Below, piece by piece: positions 8,985 to 19,004 of a stretch of DNA of 64,000 nucleotides (the first letter of the stretch is position 1; each line of letters begins with the position of its first letter). This DNA is from Opitutia bacterium (GTDB taxonomy: Bacteria > Verrucomicrobiota > Verrucomicrobiia > Opitutales > T3Sed10-336): contig JBJHCF010000001.1 in NCBI GenBank assembly GCA_050506795.1, positions 128,001 to 192,000 on the forward strand. Direction: 5' to 3'. The position numbers were made by a program, and so were the translations under genes. The notes beneath the pieces are model-generated. The model made no database searches and was not told the origin of the DNA. It was given only the letters and a program-made list of their open reading frames with translations.

Positions 8985-10522
8985 GAATCCTCCTCCGGTT
9001 CCGCCAGGTAGGCATCCCACAGGTCGTTGCGCAGGTACAGGAAAACGGGGGTTTGGGCGCGCAACCCCCGTGGAAATCCGGTGTGGGTGTCCTCCAGTTG
9101 AATTTCGGCGGCGGCGAGTTGATTGGGCAGGACCAGGAGCACCGGGAAGTCCGTCCCGTTCTCTGGTATCTCCGCCCAGTACCCGTGGGCGGGCAGTGAC
9201 CGCAGGTACCAGGGCAATGGCCAGTAATGGGCGCCGATAATGCCGATCGGGCCGGTCCTAATCTCAGGAAACTCCTCCGCCAGTTCGAGCAGCCATCGCT
9301 CCATCCGATCGACATCCGTGGCGGTTGGCACATAGGCATATGGGTTTCGGGCATCCGAGGCGAAGCGACCGGTGGCGCGGTCGGTTTGTTTGTGTTGCCA
9401 GACCAGCAATGCCGCCAAAACCAGACCGACGGCAACCAGCCGCGGAACCCACCCTTTCCGCCGTTCCGGGTTTAGTGTTAAGACGGCGCCCGCTGCCAGG
9501 CAGAGGTGCAGCCAGGCGGTCAGAATCAGCCAGGGCGTCTTGTAGGAGATGAACGAATACACGAGCCATTGGAGTACGACGGCGTAGACGAGAAAACGGA
9601 TCCATTCCCCTTTCGGTCTCCTGAAGCTAAGGAAAAATGCCCCGGCGCCGGCCAGGAGGATGCCGGCCTCCGTCCACCAAACCCCGCCCTGAAACTTCGG
9701 CCAAAGCATGAGCCACGCATAATAGCCGAAGGGTTTATCATGGCCCGCCACGGTTTCATAAACCAGAAAGGTGCGAAAAAAATCGACAATGCCGGAAGGA
9801 TTCGAGCCAAGGTTGGTGTAAAACACGGCGACCGTCAGCGCCATTATCCCGACCGCTAAAAGCAGATTGCCCAGGTGGTCTTCGAATAGTCTCCGAATGT
9901 TCTCCCAACTCTGCCAGGGTTTTCGCTCCGCCCACACCGCGATTGCGGCGACACCCCAGGCGAAGAATACGATAACGAATGTTTCCCGGGGGGCCATGAG
10001 AAGGCCGGCGGTCAGGCCAATCCACACGGCGCGACGACGGCCCGGTTTCTCCATGTAGTGGAAAAGTGCGAGCAGGGTGCCGAGGGCCAGCAGGCCGAAG
10101 AGAGTCTCATGGATGAACATCCGGCTGTAGTAAACCAGCAGCGGGGAGGTCGCGATCAGAGCGGCCGCGGCCAGCGCACCGAGGCGGCTGATCCAGGGCA
10201 TGAAGCCCGTTGCGAGCAGGACCGTGAGGGCGCCGCACAGGGCCGGACCGAAGCGCAGGGTGCCGGCGCTGAGTTCCGTCCAGGTGGTTTCCCCCCTGAT
10301 CCGAGCGATGGGGGAGGCCAGGGCGGTCAGGAGCGGCCCGTGAAAATGGTGGGGATCGAAACGGTAGTCCCCCGCCTCCAGCCGGTCGGCCAGAATGCGG
10401 GCCCCGGTGGCTTCGTCCGCGTGGAGCGGTCGATCCCCGAGCGCTTCGAAACGAAGAAAAAGCCCGGCCCCGAACAGGACAAGAACCGCCAGGTAAATCC
10501 ATATATCTCTTTCGGCTTTCAT
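8981..10522 (-). CDS. GT-C/PMT-like membrane glycosyltransferase (TIGR03663/Agl23-like)
   Basis: RPLHADEA, YRFDPHHFHGP, YYSRMFIHE, GHDKPFGYY, YKTPW, YWPLPWYLR; many TM helices. Confidence 0.8.
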   Translation of the reverse strand: MKAERDIWIYLAVLVLFGAGLFLRFEALGDRPLHADEATGARILADRLEAGDYRFDPHHFHGPLLTALASPIARIRGETTWTELSAGTLRFGPALCGALTVLLATGFMPWISRLGALAAAALIATSPLLVYYSRMFIHETLFGLLALGTLLALFHYMEKPGRRRAVWIGLTAGLLMAPRETFVIVFFAWGVAAIAVWAERKPWQSWENIRRLFEDHLGNLLLAVGIMALTVAVFYTNLGSNPSGIVDFFRTFLVYETVAGHDKPFGYYAWLMLWPKFQGGVWWTEAGILLAGAGAFFLSFRRPKGEWIRFLVYAVVLQWLVYSFISYKTPWLILTAWLHLCLAAGAVLTLNPERRKGWVPRLVAVGLVLAALLVWQHKQTDRATGRFASDARNPYAYVPTATDVDRMERWLLELAEEFPEIRTGPIGIIGAHYWPLPWYLRSLPAHGYWAEIPENGTDFPVLLVLPNQLAAAEIQLEDTHTGFPRGLRAQTPVFLYLRNDLWDAYLAEPEEDS

Positions 10523-10548
10523 GTACAAAAGAGCCACGCTATAAAACA

Positions 10549-11310
10549 ATGGTGGAGTCGGCAAATCACAATATTGTTCTCGTCACCCCGGTATACCATG
10601 ATGCTGATCGGTTATCGGTGTTTGGTCCGAAACTGGCCCGCGCTTTGGCCGACTCGCCGTTGGAGATCCGGTGGGTGGTGGCCGATGATGGTTCAGGTGA
10701 GGCCGAAGAGGCCCGGGTCAAGGCGCTGGTCGAGGTGTTGCGCGAGATTCACGACGATACCGTGTTTCATACCGCCGGACAACACCTGGGCAAGGGAGGC
10801 ACCATTCGTGCCGCCTGGGCCAGGTATCCGGAGGCGCATTGGCTTGCCTTTATCGACGCCGACGGAAGTGTGGGCGCGGATGCCATGCTGGGTCTGATCG
10901 AAGAGGCGCTCGGCAAAGGTCCCGGACATGCGGTGGTGGGGTCGCGTTCCGCCGGCGGCGAAAATACCGTGGAGCAGGGATTTCTGCGCAAGATCACGCA
11001 TCTTACCTTCGCTCGGCTGGCGCGCGGAATTCTCGCCTTGCCGGTACTGGATCCCCAATGCGGCGCCAAAGTGGTCGATGGACAGGCGTATCATTCGGTG
11101 GCACCGCGCTTGTCGGAAAATGGGTTTGCTTTCGATCCGGAGTTGTTGGTGGCCCTTCACAGGAACGGCGTGAATTTTATCGAGGTCCCCGTGGACTGGA
11201 AAGAGGTGGGCGGCGGATCGGTGCGGCCGTTCAAGGTCGCCTTACCCATGCTGGCCGCGCTGCTGCGTATCCGGGCGCGCCGGGGTGCCGGAAAGTACGA
11301 CAATCCCTGA
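10549..11310 (+). CDS. GT2 glycosyltransferase (polyprenol-phosphate sugar synthase-like)
   Basis: VTPVYHD, ADDGS, GKGG, FIDADG, DPQCGAK, FAFDPE, EVPVDW. Confidence 0.88.
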   Translation: MVESANHNIVLVTPVYHDADRLSVFGPKLARALADSPLEIRWVVADDGSGEAEEARVKALVEVLREIHDDTVFHTAGQHLGKGGTIRAAWARYPEAHWLAFIDADGSVGADAMLGLIEEALGKGPGHAVVGSRSAGGENTVEQGFLRKITHLTFARLARGILALPVLDPQCGAKVVDGQAYHSVAPRLSENGFAFDPELLVALHRNGVNFIEVPVDWKEVGGGSVRPFKVALPMLAALLRIRARRGAGKYDNP

Positions 11311-11372
11311 GCTTTCCGAAGGTTGCCTCCGCTTTGGTCGGACCCCTTTCGAGCGGGCCGTGAAGCTGGAAT

Positions 11373-11409
11373 AAAAAAGAGGGGACGCCGGCCGAAACCG
11401 CGTCCCCTC
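11373..11409 (-). terminator. Rho-independent terminator
   Basis: GAGGGGACGC / GCGTCCCCTC stem with an A6 tract on the plus strand (U-tract on minus), downstream of the gene ending at 11441. Confidence 0.75.
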
Positions 11410-11440
11410 ACAGGAGAAATAAATTCGATTAACCGGCGGT

Positions 11441-12175
11441 TCAGGAGGCGGGGAGACCGTACACCTGAACTTCGATGTAGTGATTCATTTCGTTCGCGGT
11501 GTTGCCGTTGCTGTGCAGGCGAACAAAGCGACCGCGCACGCCGTCGACGCGGATCGGTTTGCCAAAGCGGCTTTCCAGGTAGGGACGTTCACGGCCGCGG
11601 CCGAAACCGAGCGCGTTTTCGTAGTCGTTGTTGAATACCGTGGTCACGCCGCTTTCGAAGTTTTCGTCATTGGAGATTTGCACCACCACCGAGCGGTAGG
11701 CGCGTTCCTGACGGTGATAATGCCACACCCAGATGCCGAAGATCTCAGCTTCCTCCTCCAGATCGATCTGCACCCATTGAGGTCCGGGCATAAGCTCGAC
11801 ATAATAACCTTCCCCCGCGCGTTTGTTGCCGTCGGTAATGTAGGACAGGTCTCCGATAATGGGAAAGTCGTCACTGGAAGTGACCGGTTTGCCCGCGGCG
11901 AGGTTCGTGGCGCCCTCCGGCAGATTAAGGGCCGGGGGTTCAGAGGGAACGGGAACCACGTTGGCCAATCCGCCCTCCTCGGGAGTACCCTCGATCTGTT
12001 CAGGAGGGAACTCCGGTTGGAAGCGAGCGAATCCAGCCGCTGGTGTTGCCGTGCCGTCCCCGGCAGCGCCTTCCGGGCTTTCGCCGCAGGCGGAAAGCAT
12101 CAGCAGGCCGGCGGCGGCGGTAAAGCCGGCGAGGACGTTGAGTGTAATTGAGTGCATGCGTTTTTCAGCTTTCAT
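11441..12175 (-). CDS. discoidin/F5-8 type C domain lipoprotein
   Basis: Lipobox LSAC; NLAAGKPVTSS, ITDGN, WVQIDL, RFVRL, NHYIEVQVYG. Confidence 0.85.
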   Translation of the reverse strand: MKAEKRMHSITLNVLAGFTAAAGLLMLSACGESPEGAAGDGTATPAAGFARFQPEFPPEQIEGTPEEGGLANVVPVPSEPPALNLPEGATNLAAGKPVTSSDDFPIIGDLSYITDGNKRAGEGYYVELMPGPQWVQIDLEEEAEIFGIWVWHYHRQERAYRSVVVQISNDENFESGVTTVFNNDYENALGFGRGRERPYLESRFGKPIRVDGVRGRFVRLHSNGNTANEMNHYIEVQVYGLPAS

Positions 12176-13544
12176 ATGAGTCTGAACCTTCCACGGACAA
12201 ATGCCGGTGGGTCAATTGGATTCGTTCATTGTTGTCGGCGGACGGATTAACCCAGAAGACGGGCGCTTCGGATTCGAATGCCGTACGGGCGTCGCAATTC
12301 AATTGCGCGTGCCCCCGAATGGCGTCGAAAAAGTTTTCCAGGTGCGGTTGGTGAACCGGTTTGTTCAGGATGCCGGGGAGGTCGTATTTCTCCAGGGGAG
12401 GACTTTCGTAGGATGCGACCACGTCTCCGGTGTCCTGGGGCGCTTGCGCCGCGGCCATGCGGAGAATGTTGCGTCGCACCAATCTCGCCCAACTGGGGGC
12501 ATCGGATTCGCGGTAGATACTGGTGAAGGCCCGTTGCTCCGAGATCTGGACGGTTCCTTCGGTACCCATGAATGCTTCATAGTAACCCCCGCCCGCGCTG
12601 GTGCCGGTCAGCACCTGGTAAAACGCCCGCACGGGCCCGTGCTGCGGCGTGTCGTATTCGAAGATGCACATGACGTTGTCAAAATGCTCCCGATCCCGGA
12701 AATGATTGCGTCCACCCGATGCGAAAACGGTTTTGGGAGTGTCCCCAAGGAACCAGTTGTAAATGTCGATCTGATGTGCGCCCAAGTCGGATATCGGACC
12801 TCCGGAGAGGTCGCGGTACCAGCGCCAGTTCGCGAACTGGTGGGCGTTGGCGAAGCCATACTTTTGCAGGGTGGCCTGATCCGGTATGATGTTGGGGTTT
12901 ACATCGATGTCCTGGGACGCCGTCACCGAGCGGTTCCACTGGCCGTTGATGTTCTGGATGTCGCCGCAGAGGTTGTTGTCTCGAATCAGTTTTTCCAGCG
13001 TGAAGCGGTAGCGAGGGTTGGAACGGCGCTGGTGATTGATCTGGCACAGCTTTCCGGAACGTTCCGCCGCCACCACCATGGAACGGGCGTCCTCGATGGT
13101 GTGTGCCATCATTTTTTCGCAGAAGACATGGTTGCCCGCCTCCAGAGCCCATCTGGTGTGCGGGGCGTGCCAGAAATCGGGCGTTGCCACGATCACCGCG
13201 TCGAGATCAGTTTCGCTGGCCAACATTTCCTCCGCGTCGTCGTAGCGGTTGGGAAGATAGCCGAAGTCTGCTCTGACGCGCCCCAATGCGCCCCGCAACC
13301 GGTATTCCATGATGTCGCACGCCGCCTGGTAGTGGATGCCGGGGATATTGCGCATGGCGTTGTAAAGCACCCGTTGCTGCGCTCCGCAGCCGATGAAGGC
13401 CACCTTGATTTCGTCCGACGGCGCGTTCCGGGCCGTCGAACTGAGGATGGATGGGGCGCCGAAAACCAGGCCGGCGCCAGCGAGGGCCCCGCTTTTTAGA
13501 AATCGGCGGCGAGTGATGGGATTGGATTTGGATTCGGGCTCCAT
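12165..13544 (-). CDS. Tat-exported Gfo/Idh/MocA oxidoreductase
   Basis: TRRRFLK signal; FIGCG; ATPDFWH; HVFCEKMM; NWRWY; SDLGAHQID. Confidence 0.93.
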   Translation of the reverse strand: MEPESKSNPITRRRFLKSGALAGAGLVFGAPSILSSTARNAPSDEIKVAFIGCGAQQRVLYNAMRNIPGIHYQAACDIMEYRLRGALGRVRADFGYLPNRYDDAEEMLASETDLDAVIVATPDFWHAPHTRWALEAGNHVFCEKMMAHTIEDARSMVVAAERSGKLCQINHQRRSNPRYRFTLEKLIRDNNLCGDIQNINGQWNRSVTASQDIDVNPNIIPDQATLQKYGFANAHQFANWRWYRDLSGGPISDLGAHQIDIYNWFLGDTPKTVFASGGRNHFRDREHFDNVMCIFEYDTPQHGPVRAFYQVLTGTSAGGGYYEAFMGTEGTVQISEQRAFTSIYRESDAPSWARLVRRNILRMAAAQAPQDTGDVVASYESPPLEKYDLPGILNKPVHQPHLENFFDAIRGHAQLNCDARTAFESEAPVFWVNPSADNNERIQLTHRHLSVEGSDSYES

Positions 13545-13583
13545 GTCTGACCTGGGTTGGAAAAAGTGGGTTGGTTCCAAGGC

Positions 13584-14129
13584 TCAAAAACGTTTCATAA
13601 TACTGAACCGATTGTGCTGAATATGCAAGAGAGCCGCGGTGATTAATAGAATGTGGATGCCCAGCCAGGCGACCCCGGCGTCCTGGTTCAGGAGGATCAA
13701 TCCGAAGGTGAGGCTGGTGTAAACCAGACCCATCGCAAAAAGGGAGCAGCGGATGGCGACGCCCAGGAGTACGGTGAGTCCCAGAATAATGAGCAGCGGC
13801 GCGAGGAGCTTGTCATACAGCGCGAGGGCGAAATTCGGGATAAGCGGCTCGTCCAGGAAACGATCGTACATCGCCGGGGGCACACCGTGCATGTTGCCGA
13901 GGCTGTAAAACTTTTCCGCGTCGGTGTCCACCAACCCGAATTCGTTGGGAGCGCCGTCGACATCGACCAGTCGATCACTGACTTCGTAACCGGCGAATTT
14001 TTCAATCCCCGACTGCAGGGCCCGAAATCCGAGCCAGATGCGCAGCAGGAGAATGCTCAGCGCCGCACCAAAGCGGTCGGTGAGTCCGTTATTGTCAGGG
14101 GATTGGGAGTGTGAGTCCGTGTGTGTCAT
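13584..14129 (-). CDS. DoxX family membrane protein
   Basis: LLLRIWLG...SGIEKF motif, periplasmic loop, then three more TM helices. Confidence 0.8.
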   Translation of the reverse strand: MTHTDSHSQSPDNNGLTDRFGAALSILLLRIWLGFRALQSGIEKFAGYEVSDRLVDVDGAPNEFGLVDTDAEKFYSLGNMHGVPPAMYDRFLDEPLIPNFALALYDKLLAPLLIILGLTVLLGVAIRCSLFAMGLVYTSLTFGLILLNQDAGVAWLGIHILLITAALLHIQHNRFSIMKRF

Positions 14130-14221
14130 AGGTGAAAAGTATATATGTTTATGCTAAAGGCGAGTCGGCAGAAGGCTCCAGATAAAAAACGATAACTTTC
14201 ATTATTTGCTCCGTGGGGGAA

Positions 14222-15346
14222 TTAAGCCTCGGCGGCGGCGTAAATCCGGTCCATGACCCGCACGTCGCGGGCGGCTTCTTCAACCGAAACCAAGGGAACG
14301 TCCCGACCCTTAAGGGCGTACAAAAAGAGGAGGAAAGGATGTTCCAGAGGATCCGGGAAGTCCGACCAGTACCGTTCCTGGGTTGTTCCGGTGATGGCCG
14401 GACAATTGAGAAAGAGGCGTCCGCGGTTCATGTAGGCGTGACCCTCGGTTCCGGAAATCTCGATTCGGTTGACATCGTTGCGGTCGACGTATCCTGCGCC
14501 GAGGATCGCCACCAAGCCGGATTCGAAGCGCAGCATCGCTTCCCCGTACTCGTCGATGCCGCCGAATTCTCCGGTGGCGTTGCCCACCTCGGCGGAGACG
14601 TTCCTCAGGGAATCTCCTTCGGTCATCCAGAGGACCAGGTTGAGGCAATGAATGCCGAGATCGCCAAGCGCTCCCCGCCCGACCTGCTCCAGGTCCGCCA
14701 TCCAGGCGTGGTCTCCCTCCCACATGCCGGATAGCGATCCGCCGTGGGCGTATTGGACACGCAACCGGGTCAACCTTCCGAACTGGCCCTGGCGCAACGC
14801 GTCGCGCAGGAAGTTCAACTGGGCCATGCTGCGCATGAAATAACCGGTCTGGAAAAGGACGCCCGCCTCACTGACCGCGGCCGCGATGCGATCGGCTCCC
14901 GCGCCGCGAATGTCGAGCGGCTTTTCCACAAAGAGGTGCTTGCCGGCTTCCGCCGCGGCGACGGCGTAGGCTTCGTGTTTGACGTTCTCCGAGGTAATCA
15001 CCACCGCACCGATGTCGGGGCGGGCTAAAAGCTCCTCCGGCGATCCGGCTCGGGTTCCTCCGGTGAGCTCTTCAGCCTCACGGGCGAGGCGCGGGTTGTC
15101 GTCGTAGACCGCCCTGACCGCGATGCCCGCCTCTTCGTTGAGAAACCGGGCGTAGCGCTCGAAATGAACGTGCGCGGCTCCCAGGATTCCGACGCCGACG
15201 GTTGTCGCGGGAGCATTGGAAGCGAACAGGGTCTTTGGCAGGGTCAATCCCGCCGCCAGCAATCCGGCGCCGCTCTTAAGCATTTGCCGTCGCGTAAGGC
15301 CCGGGCGTCCAGTTTGTGTCGTGCGGATTGATGGATCGATTGACAT
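14222..15346 (-). CDS. Tat-exported Gfo/Idh/MocA oxidoreductase
   Basis: TRRQMLK signal; HLFVEKPL; GALGDLGIH. Confidence 0.92.
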   Translation of the reverse strand: MSIDPSIRTTQTGRPGLTRRQMLKSGAGLLAAGLTLPKTLFASNAPATTVGVGILGAAHVHFERYARFLNEEAGIAVRAVYDDNPRLAREAEELTGGTRAGSPEELLARPDIGAVVITSENVKHEAYAVAAAEAGKHLFVEKPLDIRGAGADRIAAAVSEAGVLFQTGYFMRSMAQLNFLRDALRQGQFGRLTRLRVQYAHGGSLSGMWEGDHAWMADLEQVGRGALGDLGIHCLNLVLWMTEGDSLRNVSAEVGNATGEFGGIDEYGEAMLRFESGLVAILGAGYVDRNDVNRIEISGTEGHAYMNRGRLFLNCPAITGTTQERYWSDFPDPLEHPFLLFLYALKGRDVPLVSVEEAARDVRVMDRIYAAAEA

Positions 15347-15522
15347 GTGGTGTGGCACAGGAAATCACTGCCGGAGAATCGAAAACGTGGATTTCCGGGA
15401 CGGATAAGACTTTCGGGAAACAACGTTACGGGTATTCCCGATCCGCGGGCAAGGAAATTGGCCGTTGGTGACGGACGATTTTTCAGTCAATTCAGGAAAT
15501 CTGATACGCGCTATCACCGGAG

Positions 15523-17916
15523 TTATTCCTCAAGCTCGAATTTCACTTCCGAGCTTTCCAGCCCGGGAGAGGTCAGGCGCACGCTGGCGGAGCCGGCTTC
15601 GCCGAGAGCTTCCGCGTAAACGATCATTCGGCCCCGGTAGGCACGCAAACAATTCCCCTGGTAGTCGCCCATGTCGGCGGGGTTGGCCGCTTCCATTCCC
15701 AGGAGTCGCACAGGGCCTTCCGTTGCGCAGGTGATTGGGGCGTCGGACTCAAACACCGGGCGGCCTTCGCGGTCGATGATCTGAATTTCTATTTGCGCCA
15801 CCCCGCGTTCCGCGGCCACCCGCTTCCTCCAGGCGCGTGCGGCGATGGCGTGCGGCGCGCCGCTGGTTTCAAGGGCGCCGCGGACGGTTTCCCGCTCGTC
15901 GTCGTATCCGATGGCCTCCAGCTTTCCGGGAGCGTACGGAATATCCCAGTACAGGACACCCGTTTCGTCGTCGCGGGTCTTGCGTTCCGCAGCGATTTCT
16001 CCGTTCAACCGCAGTTCGGCCTGTTTGCAGTTGGTGTAAACGGCCACGCGAACGATTTCGCCGGCGCGGTAATTCCATGCCGGGTTGGCATCGATTGACG
16101 GCGGTTCTGCGCCGGCCGGCGCGGGATAGGTGCCGATGAAAATGACGGGGTCGTTTGACCAAAGGCTCTGCCGGAACCAGCCTCGTGGTTTTTTGAACCC
16201 GGCCAGGTCGATCAGGCCGGCGCCGGAACCGCGCGACGGCCAGGGGCGGGCTTCACCGAGATAATCGATCCCGGTCCAGAGAAATTGGCCGAAGATGAAG
16301 GCGTTGTCCCGAGCCGCTTTCCAGTCGGCCATTAAGTGACGGTTCTCGCTGCCGTAGAGCACACGTTTCGGGTAGGTCCGATGGTCCTGTTCGTAGCGGT
16401 CTTCAGTGTAGTTGTAACCCACGACATCCAGCGCGGACGGATAAGCGGTTTCGTTGGACATCACCGGACCGGCCAGGGCGGCCGTCACGGGACGCGACGG
16501 ATCGTGTTTTCGCACCACCGCCGCCAGGCGCTGCGCGATGGCGCCCAGGCGTTCGGCGTGCGGCCGGTCGGGAAGGAATCCGAGTTCATGTTGTTGCCCG
16601 ATGCCTTCTTCATCGAGAATGGGGTGGGAGTAGGGATCGTTTGGGTAATCCACTTCGTTGCCGATGCTCCAAAGGAAAACGCTAGGGTGGTTGCGGTCGC
16701 GCCGGACCATGTCGGCCAGATCGGTTTCCGCCCACTCGCGGAAGAACTCGGCGTGCCCGTCGTATCCGGGCGCGCCCGCGTTCCAGCCCTCGATCCATTT
16801 TTTCTTGGGGAACTCCCACTCGTCGAAAGCCTCGTTAAGCACCAGGAGCCCCATTTCGTCGCACAGGTCGTACAGAACGGGCGCCTGGGGATTGTGGCTG
16901 GTCCGGATGGCGTTGACGCCCATGGTCTTGAGAGTTTCCAGACGTCGAATCCAGACATCGGTGGGAACCGCCGCTCCCAGGCTTCCGGCGTCGTGGTGCA
17001 GGCAGACGCCTTTTACCTTGGTGGGTTCCCCATTGAGAAAAAAGCCGCGGTCGGGGTCAAAACGGAGCTCCCGGATTCCAATCGTGGTGCGGGTCGCGTC
17101 GATGGGTTCTCCGTCGCGCAGGAGGGTGGTCCGCAATTGATAAAGGTTGGGCGAGGCGAGGGACCACCGGGCGGGATCGTCGACTGGGAAAGTCAGGGTG
17201 GAGCGCGATACTTCGCCGCCGGGCGCGATCAAATGGCCCCGGGCGCCGGCCACCAGATTTTGGTGGTCGTCGAAAAGCTCATGCACCACCTCCAGTTCCG
17301 ATTCCCGGCCGGTGGTGTTCATTACGGAGGTCTCTACCTCGATGTCGGCCTGTTCGGGGATGATCCGGGGAGTGGTGACCCGAACGCCCCAGGGGGCGAT
17401 GTGAATGAGCCCGGCGTAAACGAGATAGACGTCGCGATAAATCCCGGAACCCGTGTACCAGCGGGAATCCGCGAACTGGCGGTGATCGACACTGACCGCC
17501 AGCGTGTTTTCCTCGCCGAACCGGAGGTGGGGGCTCAGGTCGTGCAGGTAGGAGACATAGCCGTTCGGACGCATTCCCAGGGATTGGCCATTGATAAACG
17601 TTTCGCCGTTCCGGTAGACCCCTTCAAAGTAAAGGTAAACGCGCCCGTGCCTGCGCTCCTCCGGAATCCACAGGGTCTTGCGGTACCAGCCGATTCCGCC
17701 GGGGAGGTACCCGGTGGCGCTGGCCAAGTCGGCGTTGTAGGGGCCTTCCACAGTCCAGTCGTGCGGCAGATCGAGCCAGCGCCAATCGCGGTCATCGAAA
17801 CCGGATTCCTTGGCGCTTCTGGACCCTTCCCGGCTGAAGCGCCAGTTCTCGTTGATTCGAACCGCCTCCCCGAAGGAGACCGGATGGACCGCACTTTGCC
17901 TGAAAGGAGAAATCAT
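15523..17916 (-). CDS. GH2 beta-galactosidase-like glycoside hydrolase
   Basis: LPHDW, GIGWYRK, FEGVY, SRWYTGSGIYR, KGVCLHHD, RTSHNP, WSIGNE, DYLGE. Confidence 0.93.
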   Translation of the reverse strand: MISPFRQSAVHPVSFGEAVRINENWRFSREGSRSAKESGFDDRDWRWLDLPHDWTVEGPYNADLASATGYLPGGIGWYRKTLWIPEERRHGRVYLYFEGVYRNGETFINGQSLGMRPNGYVSYLHDLSPHLRFGEENTLAVSVDHRQFADSRWYTGSGIYRDVYLVYAGLIHIAPWGVRVTTPRIIPEQADIEVETSVMNTTGRESELEVVHELFDDHQNLVAGARGHLIAPGGEVSRSTLTFPVDDPARWSLASPNLYQLRTTLLRDGEPIDATRTTIGIRELRFDPDRGFFLNGEPTKVKGVCLHHDAGSLGAAVPTDVWIRRLETLKTMGVNAIRTSHNPQAPVLYDLCDEMGLLVLNEAFDEWEFPKKKWIEGWNAGAPGYDGHAEFFREWAETDLADMVRRDRNHPSVFLWSIGNEVDYPNDPYSHPILDEEGIGQQHELGFLPDRPHAERLGAIAQRLAAVVRKHDPSRPVTAALAGPVMSNETAYPSALDVVGYNYTEDRYEQDHRTYPKRVLYGSENRHLMADWKAARDNAFIFGQFLWTGIDYLGEARPWPSRGSGAGLIDLAGFKKPRGWFRQSLWSNDPVIFIGTYPAPAGAEPPSIDANPAWNYRAGEIVRVAVYTNCKQAELRLNGEIAAERKTRDDETGVLYWDIPYAPGKLEAIGYDDERETVRGALETSGAPHAIAARAWRKRVAAERGVAQIEIQIIDREGRPVFESDAPITCATEGPVRLLGMEAANPADMGDYQGNCLRAYRGRMIVYAEALGEAGSASVRLTSPGLESSEVKFELEE

Positions 17917-17922
17917 GGAATG

Positions 17923-17936
17923 GGAAACGGGTTTCC
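17923..17936. promoter_or_regulatory. candidate LacI-family operator palindrome
   Basis: GGAAAC-GG-GTTTCC immediately upstream of the GH2 start codon. Confidence 0.3.
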
Positions 17937-17943
17937 GGTTGGG

Positions 17944-18720
17944 TTACGGGTTGTTCCCACGGAGTTCCTGCACGTAGCGGGAAACCGAGGCGAACAGATT
18001 GCGTCCGAACACCCCAACCGTAAGGAGAATGTTCTGCAGGTCGACATCGGAGAAGGTGATTGGCTGGCCTTCGCGAAAGACCTTTTCGGTTGTCTCCAGG
18101 TCCGCCGGGTTTTTCCAGAGGTCGCCTCCGTTGACTCCCGCTTTGGCCGTTTGCAACTCGAGGGTAAGGGTTCCTTTTTCGTCCAGTTGAGGTTCGCGCA
18201 CGATTCCCTGTTGCTGGGCCAGCACCTGCAGGGCGAATCCCAATGAAACCAGCGAATCCTCCAGGTCGCTCATGAGATGGAAACGTTCTTCCAGCCGATT
18301 GAATTTCTGGTCGAGCGGCATGCGAACAAACTCCTGTTGAGCTTTCTGCGCCTCCTGTTGCGCTTCGGGGGAAAGGCTCCCCTGTTCGGTCTGCGTTTTG
18401 ACCAGGGTCACGAACAAGTGGGTGTTGTTCAGACAGTGGACCGCCAGGTTGAGCGTGTCGCTCAAAAGCTGACGAAGCATCAGGTCGTTGGCGTAGGCCT
18501 GCATCTGCTCGAAATTAAGGTGCAGCCCGGCGGCCGGCATCATGCGCGGCTCCCGAACGCGACGGGCATAAGCTTCCTCGGTCACACTCTCGCGCGAGGC
18601 CAGATTAAAGGCCAGCATATCGAAATGCCGCTGCAGACCGGTGGCGAATTGCTCGGCCATGGTTTTGAGATTGAGTTCCCGGGTCTGTCCCGGGTTCGGC
18701 TGATCAGGTTGGTTGGACAT
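17944..18720 (-). CDS. conserved hypothetical protein
   Basis: 258-aa helical protein starting MSNQPDQPNPGQ; typical codon usage; no family recognised. Confidence 0.75.
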   Translation of the reverse strand: MSNQPDQPNPGQTRELNLKTMAEQFATGLQRHFDMLAFNLASRESVTEEAYARRVREPRMMPAAGLHLNFEQMQAYANDLMLRQLLSDTLNLAVHCLNNTHLFVTLVKTQTEQGSLSPEAQQEAQKAQQEFVRMPLDQKFNRLEERFHLMSDLEDSLVSLGFALQVLAQQQGIVREPQLDEKGTLTLELQTAKAGVNGGDLWKNPADLETTEKVFREGQPITFSDVDLQNILLTVGVFGRNLFASVSRYVQELRGNNP

Positions 18721-19004
18721 GAAACAAATCGTTCGTGTATTCGACGACACCCGCCGCGCACGCGGCTGCGGGAAAAGGGCAAGTCTTGCAAACCCGGGGT
18801 TCTCCGGCAATCCCGGATTGAACGAACGTATGGCCCGGGCCAATCATGCAGGCTAATGGCTTGACCCCGGGAACAGGTTGCGGACATGTTAGCGGGCGTT
18901 CATTTTCGAGCGGCCGCCCAAGCTGGAACAGGATCCTCCGGCCGTAGTCGTCCTGACTTAATTCGGGAGACGAAACAAACCGATTAGCTGAAAACTCCTG
19001 CACT

